DNA of 62,306 nt, filler included, from Planctomycetota bacterium (GTDB lineage Bacteria > Planctomycetota > Planctomycetia > JALXBF01), in NCBI GenBank assembly GCA_026991575.1. It is 3 parts of 3 records of this genome, joined end to end, with 100 filler letters (N's around TTAATTAATTAA, not from the genome) between each part and the next. Parts side by side here need not be neighbours in the genome. Positions count along the whole stretch, not along the records: positions 1 to 21,325 come from JALXBF010000064.1; 2 more parts are not named here. One strand, written 5' to 3'. The notes beneath the pieces are model-generated. The model had not been told where the DNA came from, did not search any database, and worked only from the letters and a program-made list of their open reading frames with translations. Shown one piece after another: positions 10,671 through 20,918 of this stretch. Made by a program: the position numbers and the translations under genes. The first letter of the stretch is position 1; each line of letters opens with the position of its first letter.

Positions 10671-10879
10671 GACAGACCTCCGTTCAGAAAGAGAGCGAAA
10701 ACGCGCTGGGCGGGCATGGCCCGAGCGTCCCTACCTACCATACCGAACCGGGTGCTCCGGGGCGAAATGCAACGACTGTCCGAACCAGCAGAGGACAGTC
10801 TCCGATCGACTCGGCTGCCTGGCCCCAATGCCACGCTCTCAGCGATTGATTCGCAGAGCCCGGACCGAGCACGGTCGTA

Positions 10880-11250
10880 TGCACGATCTGGTCAAACACT
10901 GCCACCAAGTCATCCAGGTACGGCTGCTGGCCCAGCTACTCCAGGAAGCGAGACAGGCTCGACTGGGACTGCCTTCTCCGGCTCGATGCGTACCACGATC
11001 CGCAGGGACTGGTTCCGCCGCAACTCCTGCACGCAGTGCTCGATGCTCTGATGCTGCAATGCCGCAGTCAGGACCAGAATCGGGCACGCCAGCTGCACGG
11101 GCACATCCTTTCGGCCACGAGCACGACTTTCGCCGACGATGTCAGCAACTGTTCGTTGGGGATCATCTTCGGCAGCATGCGGATCGGTCGGAGCGTGGGG
11201 CCGTGCTACACGGTCTCCCGGGCGCAGAGCCGACGCGTCGTGCTCACGGC
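10880..11250 (-). pseudogene. N-terminal remnant of a DDE transposase (stops and frameshifts)
   Basis: 'IPNEQLL', 'RGRKDVPV', 'SIEHCVQELRRNQSLR', 'SRFLE*LGQQPYL...VFD' across shifting frames; boundaries approximate. Confidence 0.55.
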
Positions 11251-11853
11251 GAAGCCGCGTCTGTCGACACCGGTGGCTTTCGCAACGCGAGCGGGCTGCC
11301 TCTAGGACGGCACACGGGGCAACACCTTCCGGCTCCGTGCCCTCCTTACTGGAGGACCGCATCATGCAGGCACGGGCCAGCACGCGGCTGGGACGGCCTT
11401 TCTGACGGGAAGAGCTCCCCTGCACCGGCGCACAGACCTGACGGCGAGTGCCTTGGGGACACCGCAACTGGCGCGCGCCGTTGCGGAACTGCTTGACATT
11501 CCCGAGGAATTTGCCGACACTATGAAAGACGACTGGCGGGAACAGTTCGAGCCGGACGCTTGTCAATAACGCAGAGAGAGCCTATAGAATCCTGTGACCT
11601 GGCCAGCTCAGGCTCTCTGGACCACGAGAGGGCTTCCGAGCAGCTTGTCCGAGCGGCTCTTCTTCGTTGAGCAAGGCTGAGTGGATCGGTCTTGCATCCG
11701 CGTATCTGTTCTCTGGCGGTTGGCACAGTTGCCTGGCCGTCGGAGAGCCTGGCCGCGTTGGCCTACCGTTCGAGCTGTACCGGTATGCCCGCCGTTCCCG
11801 GGGATGTCCAGGAAAAGCAACTCCAACTGGAGACAACGGAAGAGCAAGTAGCT

Positions 11854-13215
11854 ATGGCGAAGGAAACTTCAACGCGAAGCACACGAACGGGTCGTAGCCG
11901 GCAGCAGGCAACTGGGGCGAAACCCGCTGTCCCGGTCCGCGTGGACGCGTCGCAGCCAACGACGCATATTGGGGAGCTTCAGCGCGCGACGATCCAGGAT
12001 CTATTGCGGATCGCCAACGAAGAGGGGATCACCGAGACGGCTGGCCTGTCCAAGCAGCAGCTCATTTTCCAGATCGTCCGGTCCCGCATCGAGCGTGGCC
12101 ATGTGATCCGCGGTGAGGGCGTGCTTGAAGTCTTGCCGGACGGCTACGGCTTCCTGCGCATGCCCGAGTTCAATTACCTGAACTCACCGGATGACATCTA
12201 CGTCTCCCCTGCCCAGATCCGGCGGCTCGGCCTGCGTACGGGCATGGTCGTCTCCGGCATCGTCCGTCCCCCGCTTGAAGGGCAGCAGTACTTTGCCCTG
12301 CTGCAGATTGAGTCCGTGATGGGCAAACCGCCCGAGGAGATCAACCGGGTCCGGTTCGACGACCTGACGCCGCTGCATCCTCACAAGCGGCTCATCCTGG
12401 AGCGGGAGCCTGAAGAGCTGAACATGCGGGTCGTCGATCTGATCACCCCGATCGGCAAGGGCCAGCGTGGGTTGATCGTGTCGCCGCCACGTGCTGGCAA
12501 GACGATCCTGCTGCAGAAGATCGCCAACAGCATTCTGCGGAACCACCCGGAGTGCTACGTCGTCGTGCTGCTCATTGATGAGCGTCCCGAGGAGGTGACA
12601 GAGATGAAGCGTACGGTGCAAGGGCCTCGGGCCGAAGTGATTAGCAGCACGTTCGACGAACCGACCGCTCAGCACTGCCACGTGGCGGAAATCGTGCTGG
12701 AGAAGGCAAAGTGCATGGTGGAGCAGGGTGAGGACGTCGTCATCCTGCTGGACTCGATCACGCGTCTGGCTCGCGCCTACAACACCGAAGCCCCCTCCAG
12801 CGGCAAGATCCTCACGGGCGGTGTCGCTGTCGGCGCGTTGGAGCGGCCGAAACGGTTCTTTGGTGCAGCACGGCAGACCGAGGAAGGTGGCTCGCTGACG
12901 ATCATCGCGACCGCGCTGATCGACACGGGCAGCCGGATGGACGAGGTCATCTTCGAAGAGTTCAAAGGGACTGGTAACATGGAGCTGCATCTGGACCGCG
13001 CGTTGGTTGAGAAGCGGATCTGGCCGGCGATTAACATCAACAAGAGCGGCACGCGCCGCGAGGAACTGCTGCTGGATCCGGAGGAGCTGCGGCGGGTTTG
13101 GCTGCTGCGCAAGGTGCTGGCCGACATGAACCCGGTGGAGGCAATGGAGCTGCTGATCAGCCGGCTGCGTAAGACGAAGTCGAACGCCGAGTTCCTGATG
13201 ACGCTGCAGGTATAA
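11854..13215 (+). CDS. rho: Transcription termination factor Rho
   Basis: [80 protein letters not shown]. Confidence 0.98.
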   Translation: MAKETSTRSTRTGRSRQQATGAKPAVPVRVDASQPTTHIGELQRATIQDLLRIANEEGITETAGLSKQQLIFQIVRSRIERGHVIRGEGVLEVLPDGYGFLRMPEFNYLNSPDDIYVSPAQIRRLGLRTGMVVSGIVRPPLEGQQYFALLQIESVMGKPPEEINRVRFDDLTPLHPHKRLILEREPEELNMRVVDLITPIGKGQRGLIVSPPRAGKTILLQKIANSILRNHPECYVVVLLIDERPEEVTEMKRTVQGPRAEVISSTFDEPTAQHCHVAEIVLEKAKCMVEQGEDVVILLDSITRLARAYNTEAPSSGKILTGGVAVGALERPKRFFGAARQTEEGGSLTIIATALIDTGSRMDEVIFEEFKGTGNMELHLDRALVEKRIWPAININKSGTRREELLLDPEELRRVWLLRKVLADMNPVEAMELLISRLRKTKSNAEFLMTLQV

Positions 13216-13458
13216 CGGCCGGCACGCACGCAACATCCCGATCGCGCAGGTATCGCGCAGTCTCATACGAGGCGCCGCTATGGCGCGCTTCAAGCATGGG
13301 CAACCAGAGTGCATAGCCGGCATCGGTCGGCTCGTCCGCCGCAGCGTTCGCTCCCGCGCAACCTGTCCCCGCACGGCCACGTCCGAGGAGTACCCCAGCG
13401 AAGAATCCGCGATTCCCAGCGAATATGCCCTCGTGAACTGGTTGCAGGAGTCAGTCCC

Positions 13459-14337
13459 ATGCGTTACGTGTCGTTCGTCTTCGCCGTAGTCACCGCACTG
13501 AGCATCGTCTCTGAGGCTCGGCTCGCCTCCGCCCAGGTCCAGCTCCGCTGGAGCGCTACTCCCGGCAAGGTCTATCGGTACTCGTCGATCCAGACCAGCA
13601 AGATTGCGATTGGAGAACAGCAAGCGGCCACGATCGAGCAGCGGCTTGAGTTCTCGTTACAGGCTTTGCCGGCCGGCTCGGAGGGTTCGATTGAGTGGGA
13701 AATGGCCTTCGGACGCCTCCAAATGAAGATCACCAATCCTGTAGGCGAATTCAGCTTTGACACGGCGAACCCGGACCAGTCCGATCTCCCCCCTCATCTT
13801 GAGCAGATCAAAGAAATGTTCAACGCGCTCGTCAACGCCAAACTGCGGTTCGTGACCGACCCGCGTGGCGTTGTCAAAGAAATCAGCTTGCCTGACTTCG
13901 TCGAAGCCGCTGGCGATCGCAACCCGTTCTGGTCGCGCGAAGTAATGGAGCAACTGATTCAATCCGTTCTCATCCGCTTCCCAGAGGAACCGGTTCGGGA
14001 GGGGGACAAGTGGACGAACAAGTCATCGGTCAAGTTCCCGTTCGGCTCCATTGAGCGCATCGACGAGTGCACCTACGCTGGCCTCGAGACACTCGATGGT
14101 GAACCGGTGCACAAGATCACCGTTTCGGCCACAGCCTCGTTCAAACCCGATCAGAAGGCACCGTTCCAGGTGGAAATCACCGATTCAAAGATCGAAGGGG
14201 TCATCTACCTGAGCAAGGACATGAGCCATATTGTGCAGAACAGCCTCACGATGGAGATCACACAGAGTCTGAAACTGCCCAACCAGACATTGGAACAGAC
14301 GATCCGAGCCGAGTACAAGGCCGAGCTAGTACCGTAG
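13459..14337 (+). CDS. Exported protein, DUF6263-like
   Basis: Signal peptide; 'QLRW...PGKVYRY', 'FPEEPVREGDKW'; GGAG upstream of start. Confidence 0.7.
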   Translation: MRYVSFVFAVVTALSIVSEARLASAQVQLRWSATPGKVYRYSSIQTSKIAIGEQQAATIEQRLEFSLQALPAGSEGSIEWEMAFGRLQMKITNPVGEFSFDTANPDQSDLPPHLEQIKEMFNALVNAKLRFVTDPRGVVKEISLPDFVEAAGDRNPFWSREVMEQLIQSVLIRFPEEPVREGDKWTNKSSVKFPFGSIERIDECTYAGLETLDGEPVHKITVSATASFKPDQKAPFQVEITDSKIEGVIYLSKDMSHIVQNSLTMEITQSLKLPNQTLEQTIRAEYKAELVP

Positions 14338-14418
14338 CGGTCCTGGGCCACGCTACTGCTGGCCCCGGGCAGTTGTGCTGTCGGCCATGCTGGTGACAGC
14401 GTTGGGGAGAACGGACCG

Positions 14419-15387
14419 ATGAGTTCTCGGTACACCCAGATGGACATCCCCCCGAGCACGCTGGCCTACGTGGCACCGTGGGTGGCCCTGCTGGTCATTG
14501 CCGTGGTGGCTGCGTTTGACGCTTACTTCACCGTTGGTCCCCAGCAGATGGCCGTCGTGCTCCGCTTCGGCAAGCGGCATGCGATCGTGGGCCCGGGACT
14601 GCACTTCAAATTGCCTGCCGCCGACGAGGTGGTGCTGATCGACATCGCTGAGCAGCGGTTCAGGCTGCCGTATGAGCGGAGCCCATCCGGACGGTTGCAG
14701 GGTGGCCCGGCCGGCTCGGCGGCCGAGGATTTGCGACTCATGCTCACCGGCGACCTGAACGCCGTGGCCGTCGAATGGACCGTGCAGTGGCGGGTGCAGG
14801 ACCCGTACAAGTACCTGGTGGCACTCCAGGAACGGGACGTCCCCCAAACAATCTACGCGGCAGCCTTTAGCGTCATGAACCGCCTGATCGGCGATTACTC
14901 GTTCGACGAGGTGCTTACCGAGAAGCGCGAGGAGGTTGGCGAACGGGCTCGTGTCGAAACGCAGCAGCTTCTGGATCGTTACGAACTAGGTGTGCGCATC
15001 ACCGGCTTGCAACTTCAGCGGATTACGCCACCCGAGTCGGTGCGCAGTGCGTTCGACTCGGTGATCGCCGCCATTCAAGAGCGTCAGCAGCGGGAGCACG
15101 AAGCCGAGCGGGAACGGAACACGCTGATCCCGCAAGCGATCGCGCGTGCGGACCAGTACCGCCGGGAGGCGGAAGGGTATGCTGCACGGATCAAGGCCGA
15201 GGCCGAAGGTGAGGCCGCGCGTCTGCTGGCACGGTATCAGGCGTACCGTGAGGCCCCGGACGAGACGCGCCGGCGACTCTACCTGGAGACCATGGAGAAG
15301 ATCCTCCAGAAAGCCGGTGGCATCTGGATCGTGGACAAGGAACTCCAGTCGCTGGTCCCCCTGTTGCAGCTGAACGAGAAACGGTGA
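14419..15387 (+). CDS. hflK: FtsH protease modulator HflK (SPFH domain)
   Basis: TM; 'VVLRFGK...GPGLHFKLP', 'LMLTGDLN', 'PPESVRSAFDSV', 'EAEGYAA', 'RLYLETME'. Confidence 0.93.
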   Translation: MSSRYTQMDIPPSTLAYVAPWVALLVIAVVAAFDAYFTVGPQQMAVVLRFGKRHAIVGPGLHFKLPAADEVVLIDIAEQRFRLPYERSPSGRLQGGPAGSAAEDLRLMLTGDLNAVAVEWTVQWRVQDPYKYLVALQERDVPQTIYAAAFSVMNRLIGDYSFDEVLTEKREEVGERARVETQQLLDRYELGVRITGLQLQRITPPESVRSAFDSVIAAIQERQQREHEAERERNTLIPQAIARADQYRREAEGYAARIKAEAEGEAARLLARYQAYREAPDETRRRLYLETMEKILQKAGGIWIVDKELQSLVPLLQLNEKR

Positions 15388-15430
15388 CGAGCGCGGCCCC
15401 ACGGAAAACCGTGCCTGAGAGGTGGCAGCC

Positions 15431-16513
15431 ATGTGGCTGAAGCGGTTTACGCTGCTGCTTGGTATCCTGCTGGTCGCCATCGGCGTGACCGCCTTGACCA
15501 CCGTGTACACGGTGGACGAACGCGAGTACGCGGTCGTGCTGATGTTCGGTCGACCGGTTGCAGAGCGGCTTGAGGCCGGCCTCTACTTCAAGCTGCCGCT
15601 GGTACAGACGGTCAAGAAGTTCCCCAGGACTCGGCAACTCTGGGGCGCGCAGCTGCGCTACGTCCTACCGGACCTGCCGACGGCCGACGGCAAGAAGATC
15701 GAAGTGATCCCGTGGGCCATCTGGCGGATTACAAGCCCGGAGAAGTTCGTCCAGCGGGTTGGCTCCATGCAACGAGCCGAAGCGCTGGTTGCCGACTTCG
15801 TGCGCGGCGCCATTCGTGACGTGCTCACGCAGCACAAATTGATCGACATCGTGCGCAGCACGGACCGAGAGTTGACGTACCGCTTCGGTGAGGAGGCGGC
15901 CAGGGCAATGGCCAAGATGCAGGGCATCCAGCTGCAGCGTCCTACCGTCGAGGAACGGGTCTCGTTGGGCCGCGACAAGATTACCAAACAGATCATCGAG
16001 GAACTTCAGCGGCAGCTGGCAGGCGAAGGAGACCGTGGCTTTGAGATCGTCGACGTCGGCATCATGAAGATCGATTTCGTTCCTGATGTCCGCGTCGCCG
16101 CGTTCCGCCGCCTGGCCGCGTTCATGGAATCGATTGCTGCCTTCTACCGGGAGGATGGCGAACGCATCAAACAGGAGATCCTGAACCGAACCAAGGCCGA
16201 GGTGGCACGGATCGAGGCCGAGGGCAAGCGCGACGCGGCCCGAATTCGGGGCGAAGCTGAAGCGGAGGCCATCCGGCTGTACGCCAAGGCAATCCGCCAG
16301 GCAGGTGACTTCTACACGCTGCTCCGCACGCTGGAAGCTTACGAGAACAGCTTCTCGCAGCAGACGCAACTGCTGCTGACCACCGACAGCGAATTCTTCC
16401 GCATCCTGAACCGGTTGAGCCCGGCCCCGCAGGCTCTGCCTCCATCCCCACCCGTGGCCGAGAAAGCCGAGCAGGTAGCTCGCCCCCCTGAAGCTGACGG
16501 CGCGGGCCGTTGA
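15431..16513 (+). CDS. hflC: FtsH protease modulator HflC (SPFH domain)
   Basis: 'AGLYFKLP', 'TADGKKI', 'IRGEAEAEAIRLYA', 'FYTLLRTLEAYENSF', 'DSEFF'; follows hflK. Confidence 0.93.
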   Translation: MWLKRFTLLLGILLVAIGVTALTTVYTVDEREYAVVLMFGRPVAERLEAGLYFKLPLVQTVKKFPRTRQLWGAQLRYVLPDLPTADGKKIEVIPWAIWRITSPEKFVQRVGSMQRAEALVADFVRGAIRDVLTQHKLIDIVRSTDRELTYRFGEEAARAMAKMQGIQLQRPTVEERVSLGRDKITKQIIEELQRQLAGEGDRGFEIVDVGIMKIDFVPDVRVAAFRRLAAFMESIAAFYREDGERIKQEILNRTKAEVARIEAEGKRDAARIRGEAEAEAIRLYAKAIRQAGDFYTLLRTLEAYENSFSQQTQLLLTTDSEFFRILNRLSPAPQALPPSPPVAEKAEQVARPPEADGAGR

Positions 16514-16536
16514 GTGCCGCTACCCAGAGGCAACGC

Positions 16537-17487
16537 TCAACGATCTCGCAGCAACCACTGTGGCTCCAGGCCGAGCCGGCACACCAATGGCTGAATCCGC
16601 TGCCAGAACCGCCCGGCATCCTGTGGATAGCCAGCCGTAGGTCGCAGGCCCTTAACGCGGGCACACCAGAACCGATTCCACAGGTGCATGAATAGCTCTC
16701 GGACGTACTTGGCCACAATCGACGCCGCGGCCGTCAGCGCGCAGAGCTGGTCCGCCTTCGTGCGCGGCAACAGCGTCAGCACCGCCTGCTTCGAACGTGC
16801 CTGCCACAGCTCGCCCGGCCGGCAAGCCACCTCCGCCCACGAGTCTGAACAGTTCCAGAGCAACTGGGCATAGTTCTTTCGCCCCCCTTGACGGTCCATG
16901 ATCACGGTTGCCTGCGGCAACCGGTCGACCGCCAGAGCACGCAGCAGCTCGGTCGTCCACTGCGCCAACGCCACGTTCTTGCTGCCGCAAGCGGCAACCA
17001 CACGGTTGAATTCCGCCGGGAAAACCACCCGCACCCGCGCCGTGCAGGCGTCCACGTGACAGGCAGCGAAGCCATCGCGAAGCGCACGGATGACGTCGTC
17101 GACCTCGTTAGGCGTCGTTGCCAACGGCAACGCCAATAGCTGCCACCGGCCGAACGCCCGTTCCGAGTCACCCGGCGGCGCTCCGCAACAGAAGCGGCGC
17201 CACAGCGTGCCCAGCGTCCCTGGAAATCGTCCACCGTCAGCCGCCGCCATCAGGGCGAGCGCCACGCGCTCCAGCCGTGCCAGCCCATGCCGCCCGCGGT
17301 ACAGCTGCTTGCTGTCCGCGACGCCGGCGCTCCGCAGGATATCTTCCACGGGCGCCGGTACCGTATCGGGTGCCGCGCGCTGGCCGACGGCCACCGCGTA
17401 CGCGGCCAGGACCAACGGGCCCAGCTTCGGCCCGTAGCCCGCCTCATCCACTCCGAAGTACCACCGCTTGCAGCCACAGCGACTCAC
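16537..17487 (-). CDS. Ribonuclease HII-like protein
   Basis: 'GVDEAGYGP.LGPLV', 'VADSKQL', 'KAD...AAASIVAK', 'GYP.D'. Confidence 0.8.
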   Translation of the reverse strand: MSRCGCKRWYFGVDEAGYGPKLGPLVLAAYAVAVGQRAAPDTVPAPVEDILRSAGVADSKQLYRGRHGLARLERVALALMAAADGGRFPGTLGTLWRRFCCGAPPGDSERAFGRWQLLALPLATTPNEVDDVIRALRDGFAACHVDACTARVRVVFPAEFNRVVAACGSKNVALAQWTTELLRALAVDRLPQATVIMDRQGGRKNYAQLLWNCSDSWAEVACRPGELWQARSKQAVLTLLPRTKADQLCALTAAASIVAKYVRELFMHLWNRFWCARVKGLRPTAGYPQDAGRFWQRIQPLVCRLGLEPQWLLRDR

Positions 17488-18869
17488 GGCAACAACGGCC
17501 TCAACGAAGCAGCTTCACGTGCCAACTCGCTCAATAACTGACGATACGTCTCACGATACTGCGGCTCGTGAGCCAGGTTCCGCTGCTCCTGCGGGTCAGC
17601 CTCCAGGTCGTACAGCTCATCCAGCCCGCGGTCCTCGTGGTGGACGATCAGCTTCCAACGCTCGGTGCGGATCATCCGCATCCGGGCGATCGCACCATGG
17701 TGCATGTCGTACTCCCCGTAGAGCGCGTTTCGCCATCCCTGGTGCTTGCCGAGGACCAGCGGCCAGAAACTCCGACCGTGCACGATGGGACGGTCCGGCA
17801 CCGCGACACCGGCCAGCTCGGCCATGGTGCGGAAGATATCGATGAAAGACACCATGGCATCGACCCTGCGGCCTGCCGGCACGGCACCGCGCCAGCGCAC
17901 GATCAACGGCACGCGGATCGACGTGTCGAACATGTTGGGTCTGCGCTCGCGGCGGCGCTCCGGCACAAGCCAGTACGCATTGCCCTTGTACAGCAGCCCA
18001 TGGTGGCCGATGTTGTAGCCGTGGTCGCTGGTGAAGAAGACGACCGTACGACGGTCCAGCTTGAGCCGATCCAGCGCTCGGAGCAGACGCCCCACGTTGC
18101 GGTCTACGGAGGTGATGCTCGCATAGTAGTCGAGCGTAAGCTTGCGCACGCGGTCAAGATCCAGCCCTGGATAGGCAGGCACTCGCGGGCTAAGGCCGAC
18201 ATAGGGACGTCGGTCCACCTCGGGAACGGGACCGTACGGCGCATGGGGGGCGCGGAAGCTGACACATACGAGAAACGGCCGGTCCGCGTTTTCCTCGATG
18301 AACCGGATCGCGTGCTCTGTCAGGATGTCGGGTAGAGGCCCCTTGAACCGTTGCTCCTTGCCATCGACTTCCAGTACGGGATCCATCGGACGATTGCCCC
18401 CACTACGAAACCCGACGAACTGATCGAAGCCCCGGCGTGTCGGGTGGTGCTGCGGCAGAAGCCCAAGGTGCCACTTGCCGAACAGACCGGTGCGGTAACC
18501 GTGTTGTCGGAGCAGTTCGGGCCAGGTGATGACCGACGGGGGCAGTCCCTTTCGCGGCTCGGCCCGAGGGCTCAACCAGTCGTAGATGCCCACTTCCGCC
18601 CCATACCTTCCTGTGAAAAACGCCACTCGGGACGGGCTGCAGACGGGAGTCGGTGTGAACGCCCGGGTAAAGAGTACCCCTTCTTCGGCCAGCCGATCGA
18701 TGTTGGGCGTATGGATGTCCGGATTACCGTAGCAGCCGGTAGCCCATGCACCCTGGTCGTCTGTCAGGAACACTACAATGTTGGGCTGTTCAGCCTGGGC
18801 GCCGATCAGCGGCAGAGCAAAGACGGCACACCAGAGGAACGCTCCAACGGTGGTTTCCATTCGCTTCAT
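17484..18869 (-). CDS. Sulfatase (FGly-dependent, exported)
   Basis: 'PNIVVFLTDDQG', CSPSR signature, GKWHLG, FTSDHG, 'ELYDLEADP.E..NLA'; start uncertain. Confidence 0.93.
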   Translation of the reverse strand: MKRMETTVGAFLWCAVFALPLIGAQAEQPNIVVFLTDDQGAWATGCYGNPDIHTPNIDRLAEEGVLFTRAFTPTPVCSPSRVAFFTGRYGAEVGIYDWLSPRAEPRKGLPPSVITWPELLRQHGYRTGLFGKWHLGLLPQHHPTRRGFDQFVGFRSGGNRPMDPVLEVDGKEQRFKGPLPDILTEHAIRFIEENADRPFLVCVSFRAPHAPYGPVPEVDRRPYVGLSPRVPAYPGLDLDRVRKLTLDYYASITSVDRNVGRLLRALDRLKLDRRTVVFFTSDHGYNIGHHGLLYKGNAYWLVPERRRERRPNMFDTSIRVPLIVRWRGAVPAGRRVDAMVSFIDIFRTMAELAGVAVPDRPIVHGRSFWPLVLGKHQGWRNALYGEYDMHHGAIARMRMIRTERWKLIVHHEDRGLDELYDLEADPQEQRNLAHEPQYRETYRQLLSELAREAASLRPLLP

Positions 18870-18952
18870 GGCTGTCGATTCGCCCATAACGTCTGCCTTC
18901 GTTCGCCCGCCATCACACACGGAGCGCACAGTATAGCGGGAGTTGGCGTCCG

Positions 18953-19894
18953 ATGATCTCAGAGCTCTTGTCCCGGCGTGCCGTGTTGCAGTCGCTGGCC
19001 ACATGCACAGGAGTGCTTCCTGCGCTGGTGCGGTCAGCGGCCGCGACCGAGGCCCCTCGGATCAGGACGTGCCTGAACACGGCGGTGCTGCGTGGTCACC
19101 GGTTGCCGCTAGAGCGCGTCGTGGCAATCGCAGCCAGGGCAGGATACGACGCAATCGAACCGTGGCTGGACGAACTTCACCGAGCGCTACGCAACGGTAG
19201 GACGCCGCAGCAACTGCGCCGCCTGTTCGCTGACCACGGCCTGGCCGTGCCGTCACTGATTGCGTTTCCCCGCTGGTTGCATGAGGATCCGGCAGTCCGG
19301 CGTGAGGCACTGCAGGAAGCGGAACGGACGTTTGAGCTGGCGGCCGCCGTCGGAGCGGCTGCCGTGGCGGCGCCGCCGGCCGGCGTGACACGGGGCCCCA
19401 GGATTCCGCTGGCAACGATCGCCCGCCGGTATGCTCACCTGGTTCGCCTGGCGCGCAAACACGGCGTTGCTGCACTACTGGAGTTGTGGGGATTCTCCGT
19501 GAACCTGGGACGTCTGGCCGACCTGGCGTACGTGCTCATCGAATCGGGTGAACCGGACGCGGCGCCGCTGCTGGACGTGTATCACCTGTATCGCGGCGGC
19601 TCGGACCTGCTCGCCGTACGCCACCTAAACGCTGCCCGCTTGCCGCTTATTCACATCAACGACTACCCTGCCCAGCCACCGCGCGAGCAACTGACCGACG
19701 GCCACCGAATCTATCCGGGCGACGGCGCCGCGCCGCTGACCGAGTTGCTCCGGACGCTCTACCAGGGCGGTTTCCGCGGGTACTTGTCGGTTGAGCTCTT
19801 CAACCGCACGTACTGGCAACAGCCACCCGAGGACGTAGCACGCACGGCACGGTTGAAGAGCGTGGCGGTCGCCGAACGGGCCCTGGCAGGCTAA
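18953..19894 (+). CDS. Sugar phosphate isomerase/epimerase (xylose-isomerase-like TIM barrel), Tat-like signal
   Basis: 'SRRAVL' twin-arginine; 'AGYDAIEPW', 'LDVYHL', 'HIND', 'R.YPGDG', 'SVELFN'. Confidence 0.85.
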   Translation: MISELLSRRAVLQSLATCTGVLPALVRSAAATEAPRIRTCLNTAVLRGHRLPLERVVAIAARAGYDAIEPWLDELHRALRNGRTPQQLRRLFADHGLAVPSLIAFPRWLHEDPAVRREALQEAERTFELAAAVGAAAVAAPPAGVTRGPRIPLATIARRYAHLVRLARKHGVAALLELWGFSVNLGRLADLAYVLIESGEPDAAPLLDVYHLYRGGSDLLAVRHLNAARLPLIHINDYPAQPPREQLTDGHRIYPGDGAAPLTELLRTLYQGGFRGYLSVELFNRTYWQQPPEDVARTARLKSVAVAERALAG

Positions 19895-20175
19895 TCGGCC
19901 GAAGGACCTTGCTCGACCACAGTGATGTCCGAGAACTGGTCGACGGTCACCCGGGACAATTCGCCGTCATCCTTTCGGATCAAGAGCGTCTTGACCCAGA
20001 TGTCGTCCTCTGGCACCCGGTCGGTATGGAGCCCGGTGGGCATGTCTTCGACTCGCTCGACAACCCCCTCAACGGTCAACTCCCACTGAGCCGACGAGCC
20101 GATCCGGACGCGGTGTCGGACGCGCACTCGTTGGCCGGGGCGAACGTCCACGGTAGGCAGTTCGGGTTTGCTCAT
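19891..20175 (-). CDS. Small hypothetical protein
   Basis: 94 aa, protein-like composition, directly downstream of the MBL hydrolase. Confidence 0.7.
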   Translation of the reverse strand: MSKPELPTVDVRPGQRVRVRHRVRIGSSAQWELTVEGVVERVEDMPTGLHTDRVPEDDIWVKTLLIRKDDGELSRVTVDQFSDITVVEQGPSAD

Positions 20176-20189
20176 GGTTTGTTTCCGGG

Positions 20190-20873
20190 CTACAGTTCGA
20201 GCGACTCGCCGGGCTTCAGCACGATCGCTTCGGCGCTGGTCTCCGCCCGGACGCGCTCGGCCCAGGCGTTCGGGTCCTGTTCGATGAGCGGCCAGGTGTT
20301 GTAGTGCATGGGCACGACACGCTCGGGCTTCAACAGTTTCACCGCGCGGAGCGCATCGTCCGGTCCCATGGTGAAGTTGTCGCCGATGGGCAGCAGTGCA
20401 AGCTTGATGCCCTCCTCGCCGATGAGCTGCATGTCGAGCGTGAGGCCGGTATCGCCGGCGAAGTAGATGTTGCCCTCAGGCAGGTACAACAGGAACCCGG
20501 CCGGGTTCCCGCCGTAGCTACCGTCGGGCAGACCGGAACCGTGATGGGCAATGGTCAGCTTGACACGGCCGAACGGATGCTGGAACGCTCCGCCGATGTG
20601 TTGAGGATGGACCTTGGTGACCCCCTGTTTCTGGAAGTAGTCCGTGATCTCGTAGTTCGCGATGATGGTTGCGCCGGTGCGTTGCGCGATCGCCACGCTG
20701 TCGCCCACGTGGTCGGCATGGCCGTGGGAGACGAGGATGTAGTCGGCCTTCAGCTCATCGACCGAGCAGGGCGGTTGAGGCTGCCCGCTGATGAACGGGT
20801 CAATCAACAGCGTTGTGCCGCTCGTTTCAATCTGGAACGCGGCGTGCCCAAGCCAGGTAACCTTGGTTGCCAT
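20190..20873 (-). CDS. UPF0173 metal-dependent hydrolase (MBL fold)
   Basis: 'WLGHA', 'SHGHADH', 'GDTGL', 'LPIGDNFTMGP', 'PMHYNTWP'. Confidence 0.92.
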   Translation of the reverse strand: MATKVTWLGHAAFQIETSGTTLLIDPFISGQPQPPCSVDELKADYILVSHGHADHVGDSVAIAQRTGATIIANYEITDYFQKQGVTKVHPQHIGGAFQHPFGRVKLTIAHHGSGLPDGSYGGNPAGFLLYLPEGNIYFAGDTGLTLDMQLIGEEGIKLALLPIGDNFTMGPDDALRAVKLLKPERVVPMHYNTWPLIEQDPNAWAERVRAETSAEAIVLKPGESLEL

Positions 20874-20918
20874 GGTGGACTTCCTCCCGTAGGGTTCACG
20901 GGCAGATGTCTCGGCCAG

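Noticed and set aside
12184..13623. Long antisense ORFs (also 38185-39549, 23453-24547, 35084-36049) and the alternate-frame ORF 46213-47556
   Set aside because: Shadows of well-supported genes in GC-rich DNA; no recognisable motifs
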